Shown piece after piece: positions 62,563 through 64,000 of a stretch of DNA of 64,000 nucleotides. A model generated the notes under the pieces. The model saw only the letters and a program-made list of their open reading frames with translations, was not told where the DNA came from and did no database searches. The stretch is from Octopus vulgaris. Taxonomy: Eukaryota. Both the position numbers and the translations under genes were made by a program. The stretch is from contig OX597814.1 of assembly GCA_951406725.2 (NCBI GenBank), positions 20,398,001 to 20,462,000 on the forward strand, given 5' to 3'. Numbering within the stretch: the first letter of the stretch is position 1; each line of letters opens with the position of its first letter.

Positions 62563-64000
62563 CAGCAGACTCCTTCAACACATTTCATAGGTATACTTCT
62601 CTAACTGCATGTTGGTGGCTCAATGTGTGCATGACTAAAAATGGTGTGATTGTCTAGTAGTTTCTTTCATTAGTAATCCAAGTAACTGCTTTTATAAAAA
62701 AATTTTTTTCTTCTTGCAGACTTTTACTGTTTTGGCACTATTTAATATAGTTCTTCAATTGTTGCAAAGTCTATAATTTGTTAGATTTTACTTTGTACGT
62801 TTGATAAGTATTCCTCATTTTTATTTATTTTTTTTTTTATCCAAGGGAAAGTTTTAAAATTTCGAAGAAGTTTTCACAGTTATCTCTTTGGCTTAATTAT
62901 ATTAGACTTATAGAAAAATGTATTTGTTGTTCAAGTATGAACATTTTTAGCTGGATATTTATAACTTTGGGTTTTCTTGGTAGCAAACTGTTATAAATCA
63001 AATATTGCAGTCTAATACTAAAGTTTGAAATAGGTTGATAGAAAATGGCTTACTTTCATAATCTGAAATGTGATTGGCTAGCTGCTTCCAACACATAATT
63101 GATTAATACTAAAGATAAATAAGTATCTTCTTTCAGTTCATATAACTTTATTTTAAGGATTTGTGGAAATCATTATTTTAACCCAGCTAGTGCATGAGTA
63201 TATATGGTTTAGAAGTGTGAGGTAGAAGAGCTTTTTTGCTGGGATGCAGATTTCTTATATCAATTTTGATGTAGATAATGAAATTCTTGTGATCACAGGG
63301 GAAGTTCCAGTATTAGACTGTATTGAAATTGATTAATATGTCTAGCTTTACAGCACTAACAACCAAATGATTGCAATTTTGACGGGCATCCAACTGTAAA
63401 AAATCATATTAAAGCGTTCAACTTAGCAAAAGTAACTTGCTTAGAAGAATAGTAACTTTGAATAATGACTAATACAGGCTAAATAAGCCACTTTAATCTT
63501 ACTGCAGGTAATCTGTCTCCTGCTATGAGTACAATGAAATGTACCCAATCCATACTATAAAGTGGCTGGGTATATAGAGGACATCAAGTCTTAAAAATCA
63601 TGCCAAAGAGACTGTGACAGCAAAACAATGTGAAACCCATTTAGCCATGCCAGTATGGAGAAAGAAACAGTTATAAAACCATATTGGTATTGATAATTTT
63701 GAATGGCCCTTTTAGCAAGGGAAAGTAGTAAGCATACTTTGTTGTTCATCTGAGATAGCAGGGTTCAGTCCCACTTGCCCAATAATTTATTTGGTATGTC
63801 TAAGTGCAAACCTAGTTTAATTATTGGTAGAGAATTGAAGAATTAACATATCAAACACTGCAAATAAATGTGTGAAAAAACTGAGTGATGGACTGCAGTG
63901 GTAGGAAATAAACAGTAAAGTTAATGTATTTTGGATAAGATTGTATTCTGTAGCGAGAAGAGAAATCCAATATTTGGCTCTAGAAAATACCTATAGCAGG

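Overview
AT-rich, microsatellite- and transposon-dense eukaryotic genomic DNA. The repeat families suggest an octopus/cephalopod genome; this is an inference, not a database result. The one host gene I can reconstruct is a + strand PXK orthologue (PX domain plus pseudokinase; MONaKA/Slob family). I traced 13 GT-AG, phase-compatible coding exons by hand from ATG 18677 to 59170 (1468 nt, 489 codons + 1 nt); the last exon(s) are uncertain. The rest is repeat-derived: a Gypsy-type pol remnant, a full-length decayed mariner nested in a CR1-like LINE, a Buster-type hAT element with an 8-bp TSD interrupted by an RTE LINE, several more RTE copies, a Tx1/L1-like ORF2 fragment inside a Helitron-like unit, a Penelope remnant, a MITE, and many tRNA-derived SINEs. 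Most notable: (1) a perfect 105-bp, locally templated inverted repeat bracketing PXK exon 8; (2) a PHD finger inside the RT region of the RTE ORF2; (3) a possible Helitron carrying LINE sequence; (4) a possible antisense first exon in a CpG-rich part of PXK intron 1; (5) a possible WH2-less PXK C-terminus. I see no clear evidence of a wholly new multi-gene system.
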